Below are positions 36,975 to 47,459 of a stretch of DNA of 64,000 nucleotides, piece by piece; position 1 is the stretch's first letter, and every line of letters begins with the position of its first letter. Source of the stretch: Phaeosaccion multiseriatum (Eukaryota > Protista > Ochrophyta, other classes). The notes below the pieces were generated by a model that had not been told where the DNA came from, did no database searches, and saw only the letters and a list, made by a program, of their open reading frames with translations. The stretch lies in NCBI GenBank assembly GCA_965112735.1, contig OZ218960.1, positions 248,001-312,000 of the forward strand, in the 5' to 3' direction. The translations under genes were made by a program, and so were the position numbers.

Positions 36975-39786
36975 AATAGGAGTCAAGGGTACGCTTTTAT
37001 CAGAAGTCAGGCATAGAGGCTTTATTGACTTTTAGCTGGGGGGGGGTGAGCAATGGAGTGTTGGAGGGGGCCAAGCGTCACTCCCTCATTGACCGGCCTC
37101 ACGGGCTCCCACTACCCTTCTTGTTTCGAGCACCTTCAGATGCCCAGCAACTGCTGTTCATGGCTTTGGCCACGCAAATGGACACGGCCTTTGGACCCCA
37201 GGCAGTCCAAGTGGCAGCTGCCCTCGACTACCTGTATCTGCTCAAGGTGAGACAGGAGAGAGTACCACGGCTTGAGTTTCAATTTAACAGCGCTATACAG
37301 CGCTATACCAGGACCTAACGCCCCGCTGTCTGTCCTGACACGCCGCCCCCTCTGTCGCTATCGAAGGTTCTGGTGGAGGAGAACAGTAGGGTGGTCGCCG
37401 CGCAGGTGTGGAGAGAGTGGAGAGAGCGGCTGGATGCTGACGAACTATGGGTGAAAAAGGAAGAGGAAGAGGAGGAGGAGGGGAAGGAAGAGGAGACGGA
37501 GAAGAGGAGACTCCATCGCGCGACAGGGAAGAGTGTGTACGGTAACAACGCTAGGGCTGGTACGGGGGAGGGCGAAGAGAGCGGAGCCGATGAGGAAAGG
37601 GACAGAGACGGAGAGGAAGCGCCGCCACGAACGGGCTCAGACTACATGGCTCGCACGCGCCTCACGTGAGTCTCTCTCAAGTCACTGGGCCCCTGTGCCC
37701 ACCCGAGACGGGTGATGCTGCGTCCCATCCACTGCTCTGCTTTGACTGTTTGCGCTGTCTTGTTGACATGGTTCGATCGTCTCCATTGCTGCCCTTGGTC
37801 CGACCCTGACCCCAACCCCACCCTCACTCCGTCCTACCCCACCCCACCCGACCCGACCCGACCCCAGGGATGAGGCATCGCGAGAGGTGGTGCGACGGCA
37901 AGAGGCTGCTCTGATCGGCGACGGAAGCCTCCTCTCCTGCTACCTGCCCTTCTTGGTAGCCATGGCCGGGCTGGACAGGAACGGGGCCGTCTCCGGAGTA
38001 CCCGGCGGGATGACAGCCCACGCGGGCGAGGGAGCTGCTGGTTCTTCTCTCCCCCGGGGGTCCTGGCAGCGGAGTGCGTCTCACAATCCCCTGCTGCAGT
38101 CGGCGGCGCTGCTGACGCTTGGGGCGTACATGTCTGTGTCTCAGACCCTCGCGGATATGTACCTCCCCGCGGTCATGGCCATGGCGCTGCAGCAAGAAGG
38201 AGGGCAGGGGCAGCAGCGGGGAGAGGAAGCTCCTACCACCCTCGCCAACTGTGACGACAAGGGGAGAGCGGAGATAGTGGAGAGCGGAGCTGAGAGAGGA
38301 GGAGGAGGAGGAGGAGGAGGAGGAGGAGGAGGAGGAGGAGGAGGTGACGCTCCCAGTATGCTGCTGGTGCTGACGAGGGCCGCTGCAACACAGGTTTGGT
38401 GCTCCACCTTCTCCGTCGACGCGGAGGTAAGAGAGAGAGGGAGGGACAAGGACACTGCTCACCTTGGAAACATAGACAGAGAGAGCGAGCTTGTTGAGGA
38501 CACACACATGGCATCGGCTGATGGCTTGTGCCTATGCCTTACCCCTTCTCTCTCCCTCCTCCCTCTTCTTCCCTCCCGTCTCCCTCGCTCTTTCTCTCCT
38601 CCCTCCTCTTCCCTCCCCCCTCCCCTCGCTCCTCCTCAGGCTCGGCAGCTGCTCCGCCTCCTCCGCGAGCCCAATCCGCACCTCCGCCTCTTGGCCGTGC
38701 AGCACTTAGCAGGCAAGAGGGGCGTGTTTGAATGTTTGGCCCATTAGAGCATTTCCCTCACCCATCTTCCTTCCCCTCCTGCAGAGCTGCTGCGAGAAGG
38801 ACGCGTCAAAGAGGACGAGATGCAGCATTTGGCACTCTGTGTCTCGGACCCAAATGAAGGTGTGGCCAGGGAGGCCAAGGCGTACATTCATGAGCACCTG
38901 TCGCGCGACCCCTCTCTGGTGTGCAGAGTGCTGTTCGAGGTGTGCTTCTCCTGTGAGGAGGACCAAGGCGAGCATGATGATGATTATGATGATGATCACA
39001 ATCGTGTGCGAGAGGGGAGGGAGGCACACGAGGAAGATGGGATGGGGAGAGGAGTGGAGGAGGAGCAGCAGCGAAAGTGGCACGAGAAGCCGCACGAAGA
39101 GCGTCGAGAGCGGCGTGCTGCTGCTGCTGCTGCCGCTGCTGCTGCTGCTGACTGTCGCAGGGAGACGAGGAGGGAAACCATCGTCATTCTCTTGGGCATC
39201 TCTCGCCGAATCGCGAGGTGAGTGGGTGGTCGGTCCTTGAGCCGCGATAGCCTCTGAGGGAGGGAGGTCTGGGCATCCATGAGCCTTTTCGTCGCCGCGT
39301 AGTCGTATCTCTCTGTGTGTGTGCAGGTCTTTCGGCCTTCTGCGCTGCTCTGCTCGCGTTCTTCTCGACTCGAAGGGCATGAATAACTCGCCAACATCTT
39401 CTGCTGCCTTCCTTGGCCTTGTCGACTCATGCTCGCCTTGCCACCCCCCTCCCTCCCTTGCCCTTTCTTCGCCTCTTCTTCGACGTGCGTGCCTACCTGG
39501 TGTCGGGACGCAAGCGGCGGAGCGCGCGCTCAGTGCCGCCTCGACACTTTGGCCGCCTCGCTGATGCGCACAGTCGCTGACTCGACCGTCATTGACTTGA
39601 CCGACGCATCCTCCTCCTCCGCCGCAGTGCGAAAGAGTGGGGGAGGGCACGGAGGGTTTCCAAGTCGAAGATGCGGAGGGGGTAGCCCGCGCCTCCTGGA
39701 AGCAGCCTTCTTCTTGAGCCTTCTGGTGAGTCGTGGCCTCGCTCGATTAGTCTGCAATAGCAGCGCCGGTGTGATTGTGCGTGTGC

Positions 39787-39835
<49 letters not shown>

Positions 39836-41992
39836 GTATATGTGCCCCCCCGCCGCCCTACTCACCTATGCGTCGCCCCAACAGCCCCTGAAACCCCCTT
39901 CCTTGTCGGCTCCTTTATCTTAGCCTCCCACCAACGGAAGCTTCAGTGTAGCAGAGCTTGCTCTGAGTAACGGAAGACTCGCCCGTGCAGCTCAAGTATC
40001 AGCAACTGCCGCTTGTGCTGCTGTTACAAGAGACTCCTCGGGTGGCCGTGGTGGGCCAGACACTGTGCTCGACCTCATTGCGAGGCACTTTGACCCAGCA
40101 GGCTCCTATGCATCAAAAGTTCACAACCCTGTCGTTCCAATGTGAGTGAAGTAGTATATTTAGTGGGTTTGCGAGTCGAAAAAGTATATGAAGTAAAGTT
40201 GGCTAGGGAAGGGGCTACGAGAGGGGCAATGGCTGCAGAGCAGTTGGTCTGTAAGGGAGAGAAGGAACGGGAGGGCAATGGAAAGTGGAAAATGAATGGT
40301 GCAGTCTGCCGCCTGTACGTATCGGAGGGCGGTGAAGGGTAAGGGTGATGCGACCTTCTTTCCGCAAGATGTGTTCTCGTCGGGGGGCCCGCAATCTTGC
40401 GCCGTGACGCCCATGGACAGACTCGGCCATGAAGCGCTCACTGTCTGACCTCTCCCACCCGCTGCTGACTTTCGTGACGCAGGGGAAGAGGGGGAGCAGG
40501 AGGAGGAGGAGCAGGAGGAGGAGGAGGAGGAGGAGGAGGAGGAGGAGGGGGGGGGGGGGGGGGGGCAAAGGGCAGAGCGAGCAAGGAAGAGCAGCCCCTG
40601 GCTCGAGACAAGGCCGAATCGATGCGGCACGCGATTCTCGCGCTCCAGCGGAAGTGCCAGAAGCGGAGTACGGACGACAGCAGCAGTGACGACATCAGCA
40701 GGCGGCACAAGCCAGCAAGGAGACGAGGAGGGAGAGGAGGAGGACGCAGAAGGGTGGGCAGGAGACAGAGGGCGGCGAGGTCGAGATCTGTGTCTTCCTC
40801 CTCTTCAGGGGCCTCGTCCATGGCGGTGTCGCTGCCCTCATCATCATCTTCTTCTTCGGACTCAGAGAGCAAGCCCAGGAACGGACGCGGGATCGAAAGC
40901 GGTAGTGAGACGGGCAGCATGAATGGTGATTCCTGCAGCGATGCTTTCGACGATGCGAGCCGTGGTAACAAGGAGAGGCGCCGGCTGCGAGGAGGAGGAG
41001 GAGGAGGAGGAGGAGGAGAAGGAGGAGGCCCGGAGGTGCCGCAATCGGAGCCTCGTTCAATGTCTACCAATGAGGGCCGCACAAGGCGGGGCGCGAGGGG
41101 GGGGGCGGGCAGAAGGGCAGCGCAGAGGAGAGTGAAGCTGGGGCAGGAGGAGGAGGAGGAGGAAGAGGAGAATGAGGAGGATTACGACACAGATGGCGAT
41201 GACGAGGAGAGCGGCGCAGGGCGACGAAGGGGTGGTGCTCGAGTTGAGGATGATGGCGAGGAGCCTCAGGAGGGTCGGGGAAGCATCTCGGGGCCTAAGA
41301 AGATGAACGCGCCAGACAGAGGAGAGGACAAAGAGAATAGAGACACGGAATGCAAAGACGAGGGCGAGGACGAGGAGGCAAAGCGATCTGTTGAAGGTGT
41401 CTCTCACTCCTTGTCTCAAATCATGGACGCCCCCCGACGCGGTCGCCTCGCCCGAGCTTCCAAAGTGGGACTGAGAACGTACGGAGGGAGGAGGGGCGAG
41501 GGCGCGGTGGGGCATTGGGCGGCTTCTCGCGTGGCCCGGTCTTCTACTTTGGCGGTGGAGGATCAAGACAAGCCGAGAGGAAGAGGGAGACAGACAAGGG
41601 CTCGTCGGGGTCGGGAGGAGGCCACTGCGACACAGCTTGAGACTGGGGAAAGCCCCTCCTCCTTCACCTCCCCCTCCTCCTCGCTCGAGGGAAGGCCGTC
41701 CTCCTCGATGGAGGGAAGGCATTCCTCCTCTGAGGCCGAGGGCGACGCTGGGAGGAGGAGGAGGAGGAGGAGCCAGCGGGCGAGAGGGGTGGTGGCTCAG
41801 GCAGGCAAGCGCGATCGGAAGAGGAACACGGGAAGGGGTGACGACAAGTTTAGCAGGGGAGCCGCGACGACAAGCCCTAGGCCCGCTGTGAAGAAGAGGA
41901 AGCTACGAAAGATCAGGGGGGTCGGGCGTGAAGGAGGAGGGGGAGGAGAGGGCAGGGGCGGCAGCGAGAGCGACGCTGACCTCTTTGCGTAG
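30042..41992 (+). CDS. Large HEAT-repeat protein with Cnd1 (condensin CAP-D2/D3)-like C-terminal region and long disordered tail
   Basis: Multi-exon plus-strand model from MAPRRKRR (30042) to stop 41992. HEAT-like segments: [95 protein letters not shown]. The last three resemble the Cnd1 domain pattern. Several internal exon boundaries are unresolved, and the region could be more than one gene. Confidence 0.55.
32606..32752. repeat. (TG)n intronic microsatellite
   Basis: Directly follows the donor AAG/gtaagt. Confidence 0.95.
34567..34633. repeat. (ATC)n intronic microsatellite
   Basis: Visible directly. Confidence 0.95.
36231..36660. repeat. Perfect (GAG)n tract of about 143 units
   Basis: 430 bp of uninterrupted GAG. 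Confidence 0.95.
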
Positions 41993-42482
41993 AGCGAGTG
42001 GGTAGGGCGAGCATGATGAGCTCGTGGAGAGGCAGCAGATGAAATTGAGATACAATTGTAGGAGGGAGTGGACAGTGTAGAAACCACACATCGCGGGGCG
42101 AATTCCATTGGGCGCGGCAGCCCGTTCGTAGAGATGGACACCACAAGAGGATGGAGAACACATCAAAGTTTCAAAATTCTTATTTTCTTTTCTTCGACCT
42201 ACAGTACTACTGTTTCATGGTCTGGTCGCCTCGGCCTCGGCCTCTGCTCGCCTCTTCACTGGAGCCAAAGTCACCGATGGCGCCAAGACAATAATTCCCT
42301 CCCTCCCCTCCCCTCCCTCTGCTCGACAGAAGAAACGCACCGCTTCGCCTCCTCTTGTTGTGCCGAGCTGATGAACTTGATTAAAAGAATGTACACATGC
42401 CCCTCCTTGCGCCGAGGAGCAACATCTCCACCGTAACAGCACACGACTGACTAACTAGACTAGCTTCTCACCCTTATACCCT

Positions 42483-45400
42483 TCACGCAATGGGGATGGT
42501 GACTGCTTCCTTCTTGGGCACTCTCGCGAGCTTCACCTTGAGCCCCGCCACGTCGTCCTTCTTGCTGCCCTCTGCCTCCTCCGCTGTGAAGCTGGCGGAA
42601 ACGCCGCTATCGGTGTTGACGTCGGTGGGAATGGGGATGGAACGCTCGCCCTTGTCCTTCACTGACACCTGTTCGCACAGTCCACGAATGTACGCACAGT
42701 CCACGTTAGCACAGTCCACGTTAGGACAGTCCGAGTGAGAGAGTGAGCGAGTAAGTAAGTCCGTCAGTGAGCGAGCGAGTATGCAGGGTGGGAAGCGAGC
42801 CAGGATCAGAGCAGGGAGCACAGTCAGTACAGTAAACTGTGACGTTTGACGTGCCTTGAGAATGAAGTGGTCCCTGGTGTCCACTCTCCAGGGCGACTTT
42901 GGGCTTGTGTCCACGGAGAGGCTCACGTCCCCACGCTTCGTGCCCCTTGGCAGCGCCACGCTCAGTGAGTACTCGTTGCCCTGCGGAAGAGAAGAGGGCA
43001 CCCCCGACAAAGCAGTGGGTAGGAGGTAGGAAGGGCAGGCAGACGGTTACAGACGGTTACAGACGGTTACAGACGGTCACGGGTAGGGGTGCGCCGATGA
43101 CTGCGCGACAGAGCATATCATAGACAGCGAGAGACAAAATATCACAGACAGCCTGGGAGCCCTGCCCTTCTCCCCCAATGGAGCGGCGCGTCACTTACCT
43201 GTGATTCGGGTGTGTCCCAAGCGGCTGCCATGTTGGCCCGGCGGTTGTCCTCAGCTCTCTGTTTCTGCTGCAGCAGCCGAGTCTCGCGGCTGGGGAGGGC
43301 GGATCGGGTAGTGCTGGTGTCAAAGAAGTCGCTGCCGAACATCTGTGGTAGGCAGGGAGGAAGGCAGGGAGGGAAAGAGGGAGGCAGAAGGAGGGAGGGG
43401 GGGCGCGAGCAGAGGCCTGTGTCGTCAGTTGGAGTACTCAGTTAGAGTAAGTAGAGGAGAAGAAAGCGCGGTACGTTCGTGCGCGTGCGAGCGTGCGTGC
43501 GTGCGTTGCTTGCCTGCTGTGCGAAGGAAGAGAGGCCCATGTCGTCATCGTTGAACCAGTCCCACACCCTTCCGAAGGCGCTCTCCGCAACGTCCACAGC
43601 ACCACTCCCAGTCACATCTTCCACCTATGAGGAGCCAACAACAAGTCAAAGAAGAAAAAGCAGAATTATAATACACATAGTGGCCTGAGCGTGGAGGCGG
43701 AGGGAGAGGGCGGCAGTATGTGCAGCACACGTGCTCTTCTTGTTGATTACTTGCTTGCTCTGGCCCACTTGCTTGCGTACTGCCCCATCCTCCCCTGCCC
43801 CTCACACGCACATGAAGGCTACGCACCTTGGCCTCTCGCTTCAAGCCGCTCTCGATCTCCTTGGGTGGCTCGGTCTGCACCTTGCCGTATTCCGCGGTCT
43901 TGGGGAAGGAGATGTTCAACTTGCCGTCGGAAGATGTGCGACTCATCTTGGCCTGAGGAGCGAGCACGAAACCGTCGTACACAAGTACGTGAGTGCAGCA
44001 CAGGACGAGTAGCGGTCGCGAGCAGTGGGTAGATGGTGAGAGAGTGACGGTAACAAGCATCATAGAGTCATACGGAGTCCGGTCGGAAGGGGCACACATG
44101 AGAAAGGCATCGCCTACCAAGGCACTTGAGCCTGTGTTCTTCCACCCACCGTGTCCAGCCCCTCGGGCAGTAGGAAGCTTCGGCTCACACTCCCGGAGCT
44201 GCGTTGGCTGCGCGTAACCGTTCCACTGGAATCCGTGTAGTCCTTCATTAACAGTCGACGCATGCGATATCGAGGAGAGGAGGAGGAGCCAGGGGACGAA
44301 GATCAGTGCCGACGAGAGACAGGAGAGCGAGGGAGGGAGGGGAGCATGGTGAGGAGGGAGCAGAGGTCAGAGCGACGAGGGAGAGGAGAGCGGGGAGGGC
44401 CGCGAGGGCATTGCGGGAAACGGAGTCAGCGCGAAGAGAGCGAGGGACGAAGCGCGAGGAAGAGCGAAGTCAAAAAAAAAAGAAGTGAACTATCTTATCG
44501 GACTGCGAGCGGCTGCCATCGGCATTGAGCGACGGCGGTTTCCTTACCTTGGTGTGCGAGCGAGTCATGGAGAGGGTGAGCATCGGCCCCTCCACTTCGA
44601 CCTTGAGACCATTGCCAGTGGCCGGCTGTGAGGTTGTGAGGCAGTGAGGCAGTGAAACAGTGAGGCGGTGAGGCAGTGAGGCGGTGAGGCAGTGAGGCGG
44701 TGAGGCAGTGAGGCAGTGAGGCAGTGAGGCAGTGAGGCAGCGAGGCAGTGAGGCAGTGAGGCAGTGAGGCAGTGAGGCAGTGAGGCAGTGAGGCAGTGAG
44801 GCAGTGAGGCTGTGAGGCTGTGAGGCTGTGAGGCTGTGAGGCTGTGAGGCAGTGAAGCAGTGAGGCAGTGAAGCAGTGAGGCAGTGAGGCAGTGAGGCAG
44901 TGAGGCAGTGAGGCAGTGAGGCAGTGAGGCAGTGAGGCAGTTGGGCAGTGTGAGCGAGGGGCACAGAGCCCGCTCGGGTGACCAAACGTGGGGAGGACAG
45001 GAGGGAGGAGCGCAAAAAGAGGATAGGGAGTGTCTCTCGTCAGAACTGAGAACCGAGGCACTCACCACGTCCATGGGGAAGCTCAGGTCGTACTTTTTGT
45101 CCGTCTCTGTCAGCTCGGGCTTGAAGTCCATGCTGCCGAGTTGCTTCAGCTGAGAGGGAGAGAGAGCAAGTGAATGGGGGTTAGAGAGGGACTTGACTGC
45201 GGTGTAGACTGAACTAGAGTGGCCCTCAGGGTTTGAGTGCACGAAGACTCCGCGTACCGTACCTGCGGGTCATCCTCAAGCATCTTGGTCGGGGCAGTGG
45301 CGACGGGAGCGAGCATCGTGTCGGACATGAAGGAAGGAAGCGAGGGCCTCATGTCCCACAAGAGGCCTGCGCCGGGCGGGGTGAAGAACGCCATCATGCT

Positions 45401-45753
45401 CGGCAGGGCTCGACTCGAGCGAGGGGCCGAGCTACTGTTCTCTCCGACGCAAGTCTAGCGCGGGAGGAGAGGGGTTGAAGCCGGCTTCAGAGAGAAACAA
45501 CATGACACTTTAGAAATCTTTGCACTATAACCCTTCCTTTTATGAGGAGAAGAGCTACAAGTGCCCTGTCCAGTCGTCTCTTTACACCACGGAGGCGAAC
45601 GGGGCCCGCGGAGAAGGGTCCGACGCGTGCTATATGACGCTCTCTCACCTTTTCTTCGTGCTTGTTCCGCACTTGAAGTGCGGAAGTGCTTCCGAGGACG
45701 AAGGCGCACGCGGCGGAGCACCACGCCGCCAGGATACACAGCTGGAGCTTCAT
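42483..45753 (-). CDS. Small heat shock protein (HSP20/alpha-crystallin) with two tandem domains and a predicted bipartite plastid-targeting presequence
   Basis: Exon 1 (45753-45649) reads MKLQLCILAAWCSAACAFVLG; exon 2 starts at 45454. Domain 1: ELTETDKKYDLSF...LKVEVEGPMLTLS...RSQRSSGSVSRSFLLPEG...DGKLNISFPK. Domain 2: NEYSLSVALP...DVSLSVD...RSIPIPTDV...LKVKLARVP. C-terminus VTIPIA* carries an IxI motif. Confidence 0.82.
44628..44940. repeat. (GAGGCAGT)n octamer tandem array in a small HSP intron
   Basis: About 39 units with minor variants. Confidence 0.95.
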
Positions 45754-47459
45754 GTCAGGGTAGTACTCTCTTGTTGTAAAATATCCGTGTCTTTCTCTTT
45801 CTCTTTTTGTTGTTTGTGTGTGATAGCTGGAAGCCAGCTCTGGATGTCAATTGGGTCTTCGCCTTCGAGAACAGCCCAGCCAGTTGTGAGTCGTCATTTT
45901 CGCGCTCTTTTGTTGCATTGTGTTTTGCTCCTGCCACCCAGCGGAGCAGGAAGAAAAGCAAAAGAAGAACGTGGCTGGAGGAGAGGAGGAAGGGCTGGTG
46001 ACCACTTCGTAGAGTAGAGTTTCCTTCGCCGCCCCTTGGTAGCACGTCTAAGTGGTACGTTCTCAAGTGTCCCCCTTCATTCTTTTTTCCCTCCCCGATT
46101 CTCTGGCCGCCCTTTCTGTGCCTACCTGATCACACTTCTTCCCCCTGTTGTTCTGGTCCCCCTAATGATTATATACCCTAATACGTCTTTCTTTAGTGCT
46201 AAAACGGGGGTGAAGAAGACGAGTATGAGGACGAGGTGAATGGCGATCCGGGCGAGGAGGGGGGCGGCCGTGGTAGGGGAGGGTTTGGGAAGAAGATTAG
46301 ACCTCCAGCGCAGACTGATCTCATCAAGGAAACACTGCATGCGGCAAAGGGCCCAAAGAAAGCGTGGTGTTCTTGGCAAACCCTTTGCTTCAGGGCCCAG
46401 ACACCAAGCCGCCAGTCTGAAGCGGAAGAGTACGCCAACAAACGTGACGTGTGTCACGTCCCTGTCTGCCCCTCCCACCTCTTCCACAACCGGCCTGCCC
46501 TTCTTCAACAGTAAGCACCCCGCCAATTTCAAGACTGCTATGAGCCACGTCACGGGAGGCTTTTGGACAGGCCGGTACTGGAGATGTAGGGGATGTAGTT
46601 TCTACCTACGGACGACGAAGACTGACGACCCTCCGCTGCTTGCGCCGGAGCTCTGCTCTGGAGGGCACCACCTTCACTTGAGGCTTGTGCTGTCTGCTCT
46701 GTCGAAAAGGGCAAGCGCGGAAGAGCCAGGTGGACACCAGAGTCAACGAGTTTGACTTTCGCTTCTTCTGCGTGAACGCTCTCCGCAAGCTCCCCTCTGG
46801 CGTCTTCCGCTACGACCTCGAGCTGCTTGAGCAAGTGGCCGCCTCGCTTGGCCGCCTGGGACTCCAAGTTCCAAAGGGGATGCACACAGTACTTGTTGTG
46901 GTCGTTCTGCGCCCGTTGTGCTTCAGCATGGCATGCACTACGCGTGGGAGGTGAGGGGAGGCAGGCGAGGTGCAGAGCTTACAGGTCGTATTAGCGACTA
47001 CCACCACCGCTTCATCACCGGCGCAGCTGCCGACCTCGCCGGTGTTCGAGTCTCGTGTCGCCACGGGAAGTGCAGGAGGTGGCGGCGGGCACATCCAGGG
47101 GAGGTGAATTTGTGACAGCTCGCCTTGGGAGACACGGGGGGGCGGCTTTGAGGAACTCAGAAGCTTACGAAAGAGGAATCGGTAAAGCATGCAGTCGGCG
47201 GTGGACACCTCACACAGGGCTCGAAACCCGTTTCGGTGTGTTTATGGTGGGCATGTTTTTGATCCTCACCTCAAAAAGAGGCCAAGCACTCTCTTATTAG
47301 AGGACTTCACAAGGGCCCCGACCAATTCGTCCTCTCTCTACCCTCAATACCATCTTATCTTACATTTATAAATCATCAATAAAGTAACTCCCCATTAAAA
47401 AGAATGAATTCCTCGTTCTCCTGCTCCTCCTGCTCCTCCTGCTCCTCCCCCTGCCCCCC

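Noticed and set aside
44150-44242. Suspected frameshift in the small HSP beta-strand exon
   Set aside because: On re-reading, the exon is in frame (DYTDSSGTVTRSQRSSGSVSRSFLLPEG).
45855-45875. Heat shock element upstream of the small HSP (cTTCgaGAAc)
   Set aside because: Only two nGAAn units, and three are normally required. A link to the HSF 30 kb away is unsupported.
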